A stretch of DNA of 64,000 nt from a virus (IMGVR_UViG_3300044846_003474:44261-108260), one strand, 5' to 3'; shown: positions 48,702 through 58,579, counted from the first letter of the stretch. Translations and numbers: made by a program. Notes: a model not told the origin generated them from the letters alone.

Positions 48702-49613
48702 TCAATGTATCCAATTACCATCCTCATCTATACAAAAATGTTTACTATCCTCATAGAATTCATGGATTCTATCTACAAAGTTTTCAGAAATCAAATCATA
48801 TATATCTTGATAATATTCATTATGATTGTCGTCCCATTCTAATTTAAATAAGGATTCATATAAATTATCAGCGGTGTAATCCAACACACGATCCACAAAA
48901 TCAATTACATCAGTATATAAACAAACATCATAACGTGAAAGAGCTCTATCAATAAACTCACTAATGTATTGGTATCGTCTTTGTAACATTCTTTTATCAT
49001 AAGATTCATTGATGTTTTTACTGTCAGCCCAATAATGATTTCTATCCCAAAACTCTTTTAATTCCTCGTAGAAATTATTTTTAATGAAACGTATTAATTG
49101 ATTTCTATACATAACATAATCATCTTCAGGTATATTCATTTTACTAACAACATCTTGAGCAACATCCCAACAAATTTCAGTTAAAAAACCATCAAAGGTG
49201 TCCATAACATTTAATTTATGGGTTAGTATAAAATCCTGAATACCATCCTCAATTTCTTCATATCTTCGTTTGAATTTTAATTCATGTGTGGATTCATTAA
49301 TTTTTTTATCCATACGAGAATAAAGATATTCTCTAATCATATCAATATATTCGGTCTCTATAAACCGTTGTATTTGTTTTTTTAATGCCTCTTTTTTATC
49401 GGGATCAAAAATTGATTCATTATTAATAATTTGATTTGAAATCTTAGTGGATATAACGTGAATAAATGTATCATATTCACCCATATTTAAAGGGGTTGGA
49501 TTACCAAATTGTAAATACTCATAAACATTATCCATTACAGGTCTAATTGAATTCTCCACTTGAGAAACTCTACGCATTAAACTGTACTGATTTTCTGTTA
49601 TTATTATTTTCAT
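48702..49613 (-). CDS. Leader-bearing protein with three tandem paralogous domains
   Basis: MKIIITENQ; repeats begin after internal INES...RR sites. Confidence 0.75.
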   Translation of the reverse strand: MKIIITENQYSLMRRVSQVENSIRPVMDNVYEYLQFGNPTPLNMGEYDTFIHVISTKISNQIINNESIFDPDKKEALKKQIQRFIETEYIDMIREYLYSRMDKKINESTHELKFKRRYEEIEDGIQDFILTHKLNVMDTFDGFLTEICWDVAQDVVSKMNIPEDDYVMYRNQLIRFIKNNFYEELKEFWDRNHYWADSKNINESYDKRMLQRRYQYISEFIDRALSRYDVCLYTDVIDFVDRVLDYTADNLYESLFKLEWDDNHNEYYQDIYDLISENFVDRIHEFYEDSKHFCIDEDGNWIH

Positions 49614-49614
49614 C

Positions 49615-50244
49615 TTAACAATGTTTTTTTGCCCAAGATTTAAAAGTTTTTTTTATCTGTTTACCAACCATATCGTTTAATGAAAAATATAAATCATCCC
49701 AATCCCAGTTATTTATATTATGTGTAAACATCATAACATCTGATACTTGTATAAGAATATGGTCTTTAAATTCATCAACGTCATCTGGATATTTATCACA
49801 ATCAAGATTATTTGTCATTAAATGATCCATTTCTTGCATAATAATATTATGTCTTCTAAGAAGTGCATTCCTCAAACTTGTATCATATTCTTTATCCCCA
49901 TATGATTCCTGTAGGTTATATTCTTCGTCATCCACATCATCAAATCTTTCATTACAATTAGAGTCGTACATTATTATCTCAAATTTTTCTAATATGTAAG
50001 TATCAAAATTATCCTTAACCCACTTGTGAACGTTTTCAATCATTCCAACAGTATTGGTAGGTAAATTTAAATGTTCCATTTTATCACTTACTTGCCAACA
50101 AATTTCATTTAAAAACCCAAAAAAATCATAATCACATATATCTGTTTCTTGACTTAACACATCAATCCCTTCATCAACAAGATCTTTGATTTTTTTATAC
50201 CTACGTATAAACTCAATTTGGTTTTCAGTTAATATTATTTTCAT
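49615..50244 (-). CDS. Leader-bearing protein with two tandem paralogous domains
   Basis: MKIILTENQ; internal LQES...RR. Confidence 0.75.
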   Translation of the reverse strand: MKIILTENQIEFIRRYKKIKDLVDEGIDVLSQETDICDYDFFGFLNEICWQVSDKMEHLNLPTNTVGMIENVHKWVKDNFDTYILEKFEIIMYDSNCNERFDDVDDEEYNLQESYGDKEYDTSLRNALLRRHNIIMQEMDHLMTNNLDCDKYPDDVDEFKDHILIQVSDVMMFTHNINNWDWDDLYFSLNDMVGKQIKKTFKSWAKKHC

Positions 50245-50245
50245 C

Positions 50246-50566
50246 TTAACAATTTCCTTCTTCTTCCCACAATTTTACTAAATAATCATAGTACTCTTCG
50301 TTCATTAATTTTTCTATCTGTTCTCTACCGCTATCTTCATTCTCATCCTCATCGGCAAAGGTATCATCCTCTCTCTCATAGTTTTCATCACCATAAAAGA
50401 AACTAATCCCTTCTCCAATACAAAAATCAGCATACTCCTCACCATCCTCAAAATTACAAGGGTCTTGGATTTCAGTTTGGAAATCAATCGTGTCTCTAAC
50501 TTCCTGTATCCTTCTTAATCTTTTAAGGAGAGTTTTGTTCTGTGTTTCTGTTATTATTATTTTCAT
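50246..50566 (-). CDS. MKIIITE-family small acidic protein
   Basis: MKIIITETQ...RR...DPC. Confidence 0.75.
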   Translation of the reverse strand: MKIIITETQNKTLLKRLRRIQEVRDTIDFQTEIQDPCNFEDGEEYADFCIGEGISFFYGDENYEREDDTFADEDENEDSGREQIEKLMNEEYYDYLVKLWEEEGNC

Positions 50567-50567
50567 A

Positions 50568-50819
50568 TTAACTAATTAAATCTTCAAAATTATTCTCAAT
50601 GAATCGTCTTAACATATTTAAATTTTTATCTGTCCACTCAAGTTGTGTGTCAGGGTCATCCAAGTACGTCATTGCAGAATGATCTATTGTAATCTCTCTT
50701 GCATCATATGGTGATTTACCCTGATCCAATAAATAGTTATAGTCAGACCTAACCCAATCTTTGAGTTCTTGGTATCTTCTAATAAATTTATGTTGAGATT
50801 CTGTTATAACAATCTTCAT
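50568..50819 (-). CDS. MKIIITE-family small protein
   Basis: MKIVITESQHKFIRRY. Confidence 0.75.
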   Translation of the reverse strand: MKIVITESQHKFIRRYQELKDWVRSDYNYLLDQGKSPYDAREITIDHSAMTYLDDPDTQLEWTDKNLNMLRRFIENNFEDLIS

Positions 50820-50891
50820 ATAAGATAAATATAACATAAGGGCAAAAATTACCCCCGTCTTTTGAACGAGGACAATCATTACTCCTGTATT

Positions 50892-51203
50892 TTACCTGTT
50901 TTCTTCATAATATCTTTTAGTCTCATCAAAAAAGATTAAATCAAACTCTTTTGATAGTTTTTTACTGATTTCAACCTCATTTTCCTCATCAAGATCATAA
51001 AAATTTGGGATATCGTACATAATAAATTCTACAACCGAATCTTTTACGGTGTCGTAATAACGTTCAAATCCTTCGTTTTTTCCATATTTATTGTTATAGA
51101 ATGCCGGAACCTGATCTTTAAGTTCTCGTTCAAAGATTGGAAGTATATGTAGATACCTCCTTTTTATGTAATTATACTGTGATTCTGTTAGAATTATTAC
51201 CAT
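50892..51203 (-). CDS. MKIIITE-family small protein
   Basis: MVIILTESQYNYIKRRY. Confidence 0.75.
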   Translation of the reverse strand: MVIILTESQYNYIKRRYLHILPIFERELKDQVPAFYNNKYGKNEGFERYYDTVKDSVVEFIMYDIPNFYDLDEENEVEISKKLSKEFDLIFFDETKRYYEENR

Positions 51204-51205
51204 AT

Positions 51206-51514
51206 TTACTCTCCAAAATATTTTGGACACCTTTTGTTAATCTCTTTATCATAAAACACCTTTATTTCATCATTTAACATATAAGAAAGTTCATTTCTAA
51301 AATTTGTCCACGATCTTGGGTCAATTTCCAACCTTTCTTCCTCCGTAACCTCATCAATTGCGGCTTTTAACACATCTCTTTTGTACTTATCAAAATCATG
51401 GTAATCCCTATAATAACAAGGATTGGACCCATCCATACGATTATGAACCTCATTTTTTATTTGGAAGTACCGTCTTGTTAATTTATTTTGATTTTCTGTT
51501 AGTATAATTTTCAT
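51206..51514 (-). CDS. MKIIITE-family small protein
   Basis: MKIILTENQNKLTRRY...NPCYY. Confidence 0.75.
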   Translation of the reverse strand: MKIILTENQNKLTRRYFQIKNEVHNRMDGSNPCYYRDYHDFDKYKRDVLKAAIDEVTEEERLEIDPRSWTNFRNELSYMLNDEIKVFYDKEINKRCPKYFGE

Positions 51515-51517
51515 ATA

Positions 51518-51563
51518 TTATAAATACCATATAAAACAAAAAACCCCACTGATGAGGTGGGGT
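51518..51563 (-). repeat. Terminator-promoter intergenic cassette module
   Basis: + strand TAAATA..ATAAAACAAAAAACCCCAC...GTGGGG; copies also at ~54394, 58581, 58975, 59506, 60041, 61728, 62461, 63039, 63791. Confidence 0.8.
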
Positions 51564-51587
51564 CGTATTATTATTTTTAAATATTAA

Positions 51588-52016
51588 TTAGTTTTTTTTA
51601 AAGTTTTTTATCACCTCATCTTTAGTGATATATCCTTTATTTGGTTTTTTACTTCTAAATACATCATTTTTGGCATAATGTAACAGTTCTTCCAAAACTT
51701 CAACAAGATCGGAAGGTTTAATTTCAGAATAATGTTTATGATTAATTATGTCATTAAAATCACTTTTAAGATCCATTTTTTTATCTGAAAGGTTTTCATT
51801 GACCCTTCTGTTGGGCAATCTACGATACCTTCTTTCTGTTAGGTTTTGTTCAGGGTTATTTTTGTTTTCAACACCTACACTATCGGCATAGATATCGGTT
51901 CTTCCTTCATATTCTGGGAAATCATCTTTTTCGCCATCACCAGGATCTGATTCTCTGATTATTTTTTTAACTAACATATTAATGTCTTTTTCTGTAAGTC
52001 TTACTATTTTTTTCAT
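51588..52016 (-). CDS. Leader-bearing protein
   Basis: MKKIVRLTEKDINMLVKKIIRES. Confidence 0.75.
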   Translation of the reverse strand: MKKIVRLTEKDINMLVKKIIRESDPGDGEKDDFPEYEGRTDIYADSVGVENKNNPEQNLTERRYRRLPNRRVNENLSDKKMDLKSDFNDIINHKHYSEIKPSDLVEVLEELLHYAKNDVFRSKKPNKGYITKDEVIKNFKKN

Positions 52017-52018
52017 TT

Positions 52019-52702
52019 TTAATTTGTTTTACATTTATAATTTGATTTTTTATATTCTTCCCAAGAATTATACCCACACTTTGTTGCTACTTCCTCATTT
52101 GTTCCACCAACTCCCCAAAAATATATTGTACCTCCATTTTCTTCAGGATAAGTAGTACCATCTAATGGACCACCTTTTAGACCATTCTTCCACCAACTCC
52201 ATATTGTTGCGTGACCAGTAGCTCCCTCCCCAAAACCACATGGGGTACATATAAAAACACCACTTCTTCCTGGTCCAATTTTCTGTTGTACTTCTTCTAA
52301 ACTTGTAACCTTATCAATTTTAACGTCAGGGTTACCCCATAATTTTATTAATTTATCTTTAAGACGTTTTGCTGAAGTTACAATACCTTTACCTTTAAAT
52401 TGCCCATTGGTAACTCTAAAACTTGCAGGTAGAGTTCCACCAGCGGCGGTTATCGCTAACGATACTTTAGTTGCACACCCATTGGTAAATTCAACAAATG
52501 GCATTTTTCCTTGTTCTCTTTCATTTTTAAATACTTCATCAAAAGTTCCATCTGAACCCAAATCATTATATGTAGTATAAGTTGATTCTAATTGACCTCT
52601 ATTTAATGAATCGGCAGATGACTCAAGTAGTAAACTTTCAGTTATAATTTTCTTAAGAACTTTTTTTAGTTCATATTCCGTAAGTTTTACTATTTTTTTC
52701 AT
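52019..52702 (-). CDS. Leader + Tae4-like (NlpC/P60-related) peptidoglycan amidase
   Basis: MKKIVKLTEYELKKVLKKIITES; FTNGCATKVSLA and ATGHATIW. Confidence 0.65.
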   Translation of the reverse strand: MKKIVKLTEYELKKVLKKIITESLLLESSADSLNRGQLESTYTTYNDLGSDGTFDEVFKNEREQGKMPFVEFTNGCATKVSLAITAAGGTLPASFRVTNGQFKGKGIVTSAKRLKDKLIKLWGNPDVKIDKVTSLEEVQQKIGPGRSGVFICTPCGFGEGATGHATIWSWWKNGLKGGPLDGTTYPEENGGTIYFWGVGGTNEEVATKCGYNSWEEYKKSNYKCKTN

Positions 52703-52765
52703 ATGTTATAAATATTAGTTAGACCCAGAATGTTTTCGTTTAATCTTCTCATGTTAATAAATATA

Positions 52766-53095
52766 TTACCAACGATATTTATTACACTTACGAACAAAAA
52801 GATTTCTAATATAATTCCCGTAGTTCTCCTCAACAATTTTATTTAACATACTGATGTCCATATCCGAACCACCTTTTTCGGAAGTATCGTGGAAGAAACT
52901 CCAATTATCCCTAATGAATTCTTGAATAGAATGGTCCATTATATTTTCAAAAAAAGTATCCGCATTATAATTACGACACCACCATGAACCATCTTCATTT
53001 AGTTCATACCCTTCAATATGATCCTCAACAATATCAATAAATTGTTGTACTCGTCTAATGAGATAGTTTTGGTTTTCGGTGATAATGATTTTCAT
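52766..53095 (-). CDS. MKIIITE-family small protein
   Basis: MKIIITENQNYLIRR. Confidence 0.75.
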   Translation of the reverse strand: MKIIITENQNYLIRRVQQFIDIVEDHIEGYELNEDGSWWCRNYNADTFFENIMDHSIQEFIRDNWSFFHDTSEKGGSDMDISMLNKIVEENYGNYIRNLFVRKCNKYRW

Positions 53096-53108
53096 ATCTT
53101 ATAAATAG

Positions 53109-53453
53109 TTAATAATCCGAACAATCTTCATCTTCATCACATTCGCAATCCCTATATTCTTCTTTAATTCGGGAACGATATTTACTAACAATTACGTCAG
53201 ATACAAAAGCCACAAGTTCGTCAGAAAATAATTGTTCTTTACCAATAAGGTAATCATATGAATTAATAAATGTTACTGCGGAATCATTTACGAGATTAAT
53301 TTCATAACTATCATAATCTCCGTAGTTACAAGGATCGGTATAATCAAATCCTTCAATAACAATATCCTTTAAGTGATTCATTAATTCACGGTCATTCAAT
53401 CTCCTACGTAACCATAGAATTTTACTTTGAGATTCAGTTATGATTATTCGCAT
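53109..53453 (-). CDS. MKIIITE-family small protein
   Basis: MRIIITESQ...RRR...DPCNY. Confidence 0.75.
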   Translation of the reverse strand: MRIIITESQSKILWLRRRLNDRELMNHLKDIVIEGFDYTDPCNYGDYDSYEINLVNDSAVTFINSYDYLIGKEQLFSDELVAFVSDVIVSKYRSRIKEEYRDCECDEDEDCSDY

Positions 53454-53749
53454 AATTCAAATGATTTATAAAAAAATTCTTTTAGTTTATCGTAATAACC
53501 ATAATCCTCAAAAAATCTATACAGATCTTTATTTTTATATGAATCTTTAATCCCAAGTGTTAGATTAATTTCCCACACAATTCCCAGCATAACGTCATCG
53601 GCAAAATATAATGCGTCTTTTTCTGTGTTTGACCATATTCTACAAATGTCTTTAGGGTCCAACTCGGAAATAATTTTATCCGCAATACTAAGTCTTCGTA
53701 CAAATGAACGAATTTGTTTATCTTGGTCTTCTGTTATTATTATTTTCAT
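53444..53749 (-). CDS. MKIIITE-family small protein
   Basis: MKIIITEDQ...VRR. Confidence 0.75.
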   Translation of the reverse strand: MKIIITEDQDKQIRSFVRRLSIADKIISELDPKDICRIWSNTEKDALYFADDVMLGIVWEINLTLGIKDSYKNKDLYRFFEDYGYYDKLKEFFYKSFELCE

Positions 53750-53750
53750 T

Positions 53751-54158
53751 TTACCAATCATATTCTTTTTCTATATCAATAAAAATTCCATATTCAATGG
53801 TTATTGTATCTAGAGCAAAATTAACTTCACTAACTGTAATACCCCTAAGTGAACCACTACCTTTTACTATATTTAAATTTTGGTCAAAAGTTATTTTACT
53901 AATAGAATTATAAATACTTTTTTGGTACTTATGTATTTCCTCTAATATCCCATCGGGTTCAAAATGACACTCATTACAATCTTGGTCAATAACTTTAAGG
54001 TATAAAGTAATCTCATAGATTTTACCGTTGATTCTATCAGATTCAATTTCTAATTCCCATTTGATGTCATCTCTAATGTTTCTCAATATTGATCTTGATA
54101 CTATAATTTCTTTTATAAGTTCAATTTTATCAATAATTTCGTTTGAATAGTTTCTCAT
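53751..54158 (-). CDS. Hypothetical protein
   Basis: 135-aa ORF in tight operon; CNEC. Confidence 0.6.
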   Translation of the reverse strand: MRNYSNEIIDKIELIKEIIVSRSILRNIRDDIKWELEIESDRINGKIYEITLYLKVIDQDCNECHFEPDGILEEIHKYQKSIYNSISKITFDQNLNIVKGSGSLRGITVSEVNFALDTITIEYGIFIDIEKEYDW

Positions 54159-54159
54159 A

Positions 54160-54390
54160 TTATTTTCTTTTTTTTCTTCCCTGACAATGTGCCCTTTGAG
54201 AAAAACCTTTAGGGTTACTACAATCTATAGATTTTTTATATTTTTGAGTCCATTTTTCAGAAATCTCAACCCAATCCTCAACATTTATTTCTGAATCAAA
54301 CCGTGATACATTATCATCAGATTGTTCATTAACAATTTTATTTATAAGATTAGTTAATTGTGTTTCAGTAAGTTTTATTACTTTTTTCAT
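54160..54390 (-). CDS. Leader + short basic Cys-containing peptide
   Basis: MKKVIKLTETQLTNLINKIVNE; ISE|KWTQKYKKSIDCSNPKGFSQRAHCQGRKKRK. Confidence 0.75.
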   Translation of the reverse strand: MKKVIKLTETQLTNLINKIVNEQSDDNVSRFDSEINVEDWVEISEKWTQKYKKSIDCSNPKGFSQRAHCQGRKKRK

Positions 54391-54426
54391 ATCAATAAAT
54401 ATCCCATAAAACAAAAAATCCCCTTA

Positions 54427-54894
54427 TTAAAAGGGGATCATTTTATCAAGACCTTCAATGACTATTCCACATTGTTCGTATAATTCGTAATTGAGGTCGG
54501 TTGTGTTCTTTGCTCTTGTGGTTACCACCTGATGTTCTTCCTTCGTGATTGCAACTGTGGATCCGTATTCCACCAAGAAAACAACAAACTCATCCAAAGT
54601 CATGTCTTTGTTTTGGGACAACTTCTCAAACAATATTTTCATTGCGTGTTTACGTTGAATAAAGTGGTCGTGTACAGGTTTACCACCTGCAATCACACTA
54701 CTTGATTCCAAACCTGTTCTAAAATAAGAAATATTTGTTAAATCAAATAGGGGGTTTCTATTCAGGGAGAAAAATGCATCCAATTTATTTGGGTCATTCT
54801 TGATTGAATCGTACAATCCAATCTGACATTTAAATATATCCAAAGTTAAATTAATCTTTGTTATCTGTGATTCACTAAGTATAACCTTCATCAT
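54427..54894 (-). CDS. Hypothetical protein
   Basis: 155-aa ORF; VHDH...TKEEH. Confidence 0.65.
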   Translation of the reverse strand: MMKVILSESQITKINLTLDIFKCQIGLYDSIKNDPNKLDAFFSLNRNPLFDLTNISYFRTGLESSSVIAGGKPVHDHFIQRKHAMKILFEKLSQNKDMTLDEFVVFLVEYGSTVAITKEEHQVVTTRAKNTTDLNYELYEQCGIVIEGLDKMIPF

Positions 54895-55042
54895 CTTCCT
54901 TCTTAATTAATTTTTCCATAATTTTTCCAATCCAAGACCCAATCTGCCAACAACCAATAAGATACATAAAAAAATTGGGTATAAAATTTATTGCTAACAG
55001 ACAGGTAACAATTCCTGCAAAAAATATTCCAAGTTTATTCAT
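54875..55042 (-). CDS. Small membrane protein
   Basis: MNKLGIFFAGIVTCLLA... Confidence 0.55.
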   Translation of the reverse strand: MNKLGIFFAGIVTCLLAINFIPNFFMYLIGCWQIGSWIGKIMEKLIKKEDDEGYT

Positions 55043-55556
55043 CCGTTTCTTCAGTATTATTAATATAAGATTTAGGTTCAACAAAATTCATATCAAAGTT
55101 TTCCAACTTTAATTTTTGAGCATCAATATCCTCACGAGTATAGAACGGAGCGAAACTCGGTCTTTGTCTGAATGGAACATTTTCACGTTCTTCCCACACT
55201 TTAAGTTCTACCTCATGTCGGGGAATAGAATTCTTAAGATACATATATTCCTTCCATTTGTTATGGTCCTCCACGGATGGAATAAACTTAAGAGCCCCAT
55301 AGTTATCAATACCAGACAAGTCGGGGTTATTGGAATATACATCAACAATACCGTCGTCACCACCATATTGGTAACATAACTCCTGAAGAGTGTGAGTGTT
55401 ATAAATGTCCCACACTTTCCAATTACGTCCATAAGAACGTGCCTCACAGATATAGAAATATCCATCTTTGAAGTCGTGGATTATACCTGAAGCTTTAGAT
55501 TGTACTTCAAGTAGTTCTTCAATAGTAAGGTTTTTTAAAAAGTTATCAATTCTCAT
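55035..55556 (-). CDS. Hypothetical phage protein
   Basis: 173-aa ORF; TATCTTTG promoter at 55561-55568. Confidence 0.7.
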   Translation of the reverse strand: MRIDNFLKNLTIEELLEVQSKASGIIHDFKDGYFYICEARSYGRNWKVWDIYNTHTLQELCYQYGGDDGIVDVYSNNPDLSGIDNYGALKFIPSVEDHNKWKEYMYLKNSIPRHEVELKVWEERENVPFRQRPSFAPFYTREDIDAQKLKLENFDMNFVEPKSYINNTEETDE

Positions 55557-55657
55557 ACGACAAAGATAGGAATAAAAATCTGATTAATCCAAAAAAATTT
55601 TTATTTTATTTTCTTTTTTTATTCTATTTTTTTTTCTATATTTGTAAAAAAAACAAC

Positions 55658-56470
55658 ATGAAAAAAATTATTTTATCTCTTATTATTTTATTTACCACAA
55701 TATCTTGCGGTGATACATCATCACAAAAAAATAATATAACAACTGAAGTTGTTAGTAATACCATTGTGAAAAATAAACCAATCGTTAATGAAAGTGGAAC
55801 AAACGTTAAGGATCGTTTTAACACACCAGATGGATTTACTCGTGTTAAATCTGAAGGTGGATCTTGGGGATCTTATTTACAAAATCTACCACTAAAACCT
55901 CATGGTTCTCAAGTTTATCACTTTGATGGTACTTTAAAATACAACACATCCGCATATTGTGCAGTAGTTGATCTTCCACTTCGTGGGAATGCAAATCACC
56001 AATGTGCAGATGCGGTTATGAGATTACGAGCTGAATATTTATTTTCCCAAAAACGTTATAGTGAAATAGAGTTTTCATATGTAAGTGGTAAAAAAGCCAA
56101 TTACTTATCTTACTTAGGTGGAAAAACTCCAACCAATGAAAACCTTTGGTCTTATATGTGTGGTGTTTTCTGTTACGCAAATACTTACTCTTTAAACAAA
56201 CAACTAACCTCAAAGAGTACTATTGATTTACAAATTGGAGATGTTTTTATAATTGGTGGATTCCCTGGTCACGCAGTTATCGTTGTAGATAAATGTGTAA
56301 ATGAAAAGAATGAAGTAAAATTTATGTTGGCACAAAGTTATATGCCAGCACAAGACATTCAAATCCTTGTAGGTGATGATGAGAAAAGTCCTTGGTATGA
56401 CCTTAACTTTGGTGAGTACTTGTACAGTGCGGAATATACGTTTTCTAAAAACGATTTAAAAACTTTTTAA
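55658..56470 (+). CDS. DUF4846-like lipoprotein
   Basis: TTISC lipobox; QCADAVMRLRAEY, GGFPGHAVIVVD, LAQSYMPAQ. Confidence 0.75.
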   Translation: MKKIILSLIILFTTISCGDTSSQKNNITTEVVSNTIVKNKPIVNESGTNVKDRFNTPDGFTRVKSEGGSWGSYLQNLPLKPHGSQVYHFDGTLKYNTSAYCAVVDLPLRGNANHQCADAVMRLRAEYLFSQKRYSEIEFSYVSGKKANYLSYLGGKTPTNENLWSYMCGVFCYANTYSLNKQLTSKSTIDLQIGDVFIIGGFPGHAVIVVDKCVNEKNEVKFMLAQSYMPAQDIQILVGDDEKSPWYDLNFGEYLYSAEYTFSKNDLKTF

Positions 56471-56475
56471 AATAA

Positions 56476-56505
56476 AAAAACCCCATCTTTTCAGGTGGGG
56501 TTTTT
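56476..56505. terminator. Bidirectional intrinsic terminator
   Basis: AAAAACCCCATC...GGTGGGGTTTTT between convergent genes. Confidence 0.75.
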
Positions 56506-56521
56506 AATTATATTATATTGT

Positions 56522-56968
56522 TTATTCTGGATTGTAGATTTTAAAAAATGACACAATATCATTTTTTAATTTATCCGCATCTTTAAAGTTTATTGAAATG
56601 TCAGACCCATCCATCTTATAACCTTTGTTTGTCCACCAATTGATCATATCTGTTTGATTTTCTCTATCTTCAGTGTTAAATAAATGCATTCTTTCTTTAG
56701 GTAAGTCTGGAGATGTTGACGAAATTGCAAAACCGTATTTACCTTTAGCCGATTTAGCGGTTCCCCAATTCAAACTTTGAGATGGAATATCATCATAGTC
56801 CGTAAATGTTAATACTCTTGGTGAATAAGAAAGGGTTTTTAATTTAGAAACCAAAGTAATCCAATCAGGATTATTTCTACCAATTTTCACCTGTTCAATC
56901 AATAACCTTCTTTCCAAAATCTGATTGGATTCTTGTATGTGTCTAATTTTACTGTAACTTCTATTCAT
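56522..56968 (-). CDS. Leader-bearing protein
   Basis: MNRSYSKIRHIQESNQILERRLLIEQ, shared with 61803..62444. Confidence 0.75.
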   Translation of the reverse strand: MNRSYSKIRHIQESNQILERRLLIEQVKIGRNNPDWITLVSKLKTLSYSPRVLTFTDYDDIPSQSLNWGTAKSAKGKYGFAISSTSPDLPKERMHLFNTEDRENQTDMINWWTNKGYKMDGSDISINFKDADKLKNDIVSFFKIYNPE

Positions 56969-57007
56969 GTTGTTTTTTATTATAAATAGTTAGATTTTTA
57001 AAAAAAA

Positions 57008-57346
57008 TTACTCATCACAATCTTCATCCTCTAAAACCTTATCATAATATTCTTTAACTTTATCAAAGAATATTTCATACATCCATTCATTCATAGTTTC
57101 AGATAATTCATCAATATTAACCGTATTTTCTTCTGACCAAGGTAAATTTATATCTTTTACAATCATATCGTATATGACTGCGTTACGAACATCACCATAG
57201 TAATCATAAAAAGCGTAGTACGGATCATATGTATAATCACAAGGGGGGTAGTAACGCATCTTTTCATCAACAAGTTGATCAATACGACCAAACCTACGTT
57301 TAAAGAAAAGATCAACAAATTGTGATTCAGTTATAATGATTTTCAA
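57008..57346 (-). CDS. MKIIITE-family small protein
   Basis: MKIIITESQF...KRR...PPCDY. Confidence 0.75.
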   Translation of the reverse strand: MKIIITESQFVDLFFKRRFGRIDQLVDEKMRYYPPCDYTYDPYYAFYDYYGDVRNAVIYDMIVKDINLPWSEENTVNIDELSETMNEWMYEIFFDKVKEYYDKVLEDEDCDE

Positions 57347-57650
57347 AATATTCTTTCAGTTTTGCCTCATATCTTGAGGATATAAATCGTTTAATTGGTG
57401 CGGAGAATTCATCCCAATATTGATCTCCCCAACATTTTTCCACACCATAATCTTCATCAACTCGGTCATATGTGTAATTAATTACCATATCCATAAAACC
57501 TCCAATAGTATCACGAAGTGAAACAAATTCTTCCATGGCCTCATCAACAATATCGTCAATCCCATCAAGATCTATCCTTCTCTTAATACAGTTAGATAAT
57601 TGATAATAATCCAATGATTCTTTTTGACTTTCAGTTATAATGATTTTCAT
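57327..57650 (-). CDS. MKIIITE-family small protein
   Basis: MKIIITESQ...KRR. Confidence 0.75.
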   Translation of the reverse strand: MKIIITESQKESLDYYQLSNCIKRRIDLDGIDDIVDEAMEEFVSLRDTIGGFMDMVINYTYDRVDEDYGVEKCWGDQYWDEFSAPIKRFISSRYEAKLKEYFENHYN

Positions 57651-57652
57651 AA

Positions 57653-58579
57653 TTAAGAAAATGTAACCTTACTTTTAATTGATTCAAGACCTTTACCATT
57701 TGCTTCAACCCATTTATTCTGACCTTTAAGTGAATAATAATATTTATCACCACTTAATTTATAATCATAAGTACTATCATTGGTGGTATTTATTTTTTCT
57801 TGTGGTAAACCCTGTGAGTATCTATCCAAACCAGATTTAACGGATTGTAAAACTTCCGTTGACGGTAAGTAATTGGGGTCTCCCACCTTTACCGAGACTT
57901 TTTCTTGTGGTAAACCCTTCCAAAATCTTACCAACTGAGGCCCCATGGTTTCTAAAAGTTTAATAAAATCATTTAACCATAACTTTTGTTCTTCATTCAT
58001 AACACCTTTAGCTCCAATTTGACCATTATAATATAATTTTAATTGATTTAATACCTTATCAAAACCTCCATTGTCTCCTGCGTGTTGTAATGTAGCTTCT
58101 TTTAACGGACCCATTAGTGTGTTTTTACCAATATCCATCATAGTTTGTCCTGAGGAAACATTAATATTAGAAGCCTCTTCCGATGTTACCCCATACATTT
58201 TTGCAAAATCACTTAAAAAAGTTGCCGATTTGTCTTCCCCTTGGAGGTTCATTGATTGTTTAAGTTTATCCATTTCTTTTGTTGTTACCTCACCCTCATC
58301 ACCATCGGCGCAATATCCATCACCTTTTTTACAAATCCACACAGGTATACCCTTTTCCTCCATAAACTTCTTTAAAGAATCGTTAAAATCTTTATCGGTC
58401 CAACTACCTGTAGTCGCAGATGAAAGATTTGTTCCATAATAATAATTTAAAAATGTTGCTTGGTCTTTCGTACCTTGAGCTTTAGGGGATTGTAATGACT
58501 GAGGACTTAATTTATCACCAACCATTTCGTATAAACCACGAATTCTATTTTTCTCTTCTTCTGTTATAATAAATTTCAT
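57653..58579 (-). CDS. Leader-bearing protein
   Basis: MKFIITEEEKNRIRGLYE. Confidence 0.75.
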   Translation of the reverse strand: MKFIITEEEKNRIRGLYEMVGDKLSPQSLQSPKAQGTKDQATFLNYYYGTNLSSATTGSWTDKDFNDSLKKFMEEKGIPVWICKKGDGYCADGDEGEVTTKEMDKLKQSMNLQGEDKSATFLSDFAKMYGVTSEEASNINVSSGQTMMDIGKNTLMGPLKEATLQHAGDNGGFDKVLNQLKLYYNGQIGAKGVMNEEQKLWLNDFIKLLETMGPQLVRFWKGLPQEKVSVKVGDPNYLPSTEVLQSVKSGLDRYSQGLPQEKINTTNDSTYDYKLSGDKYYYSLKGQNKWVEANGKGLESIKSKVTFS

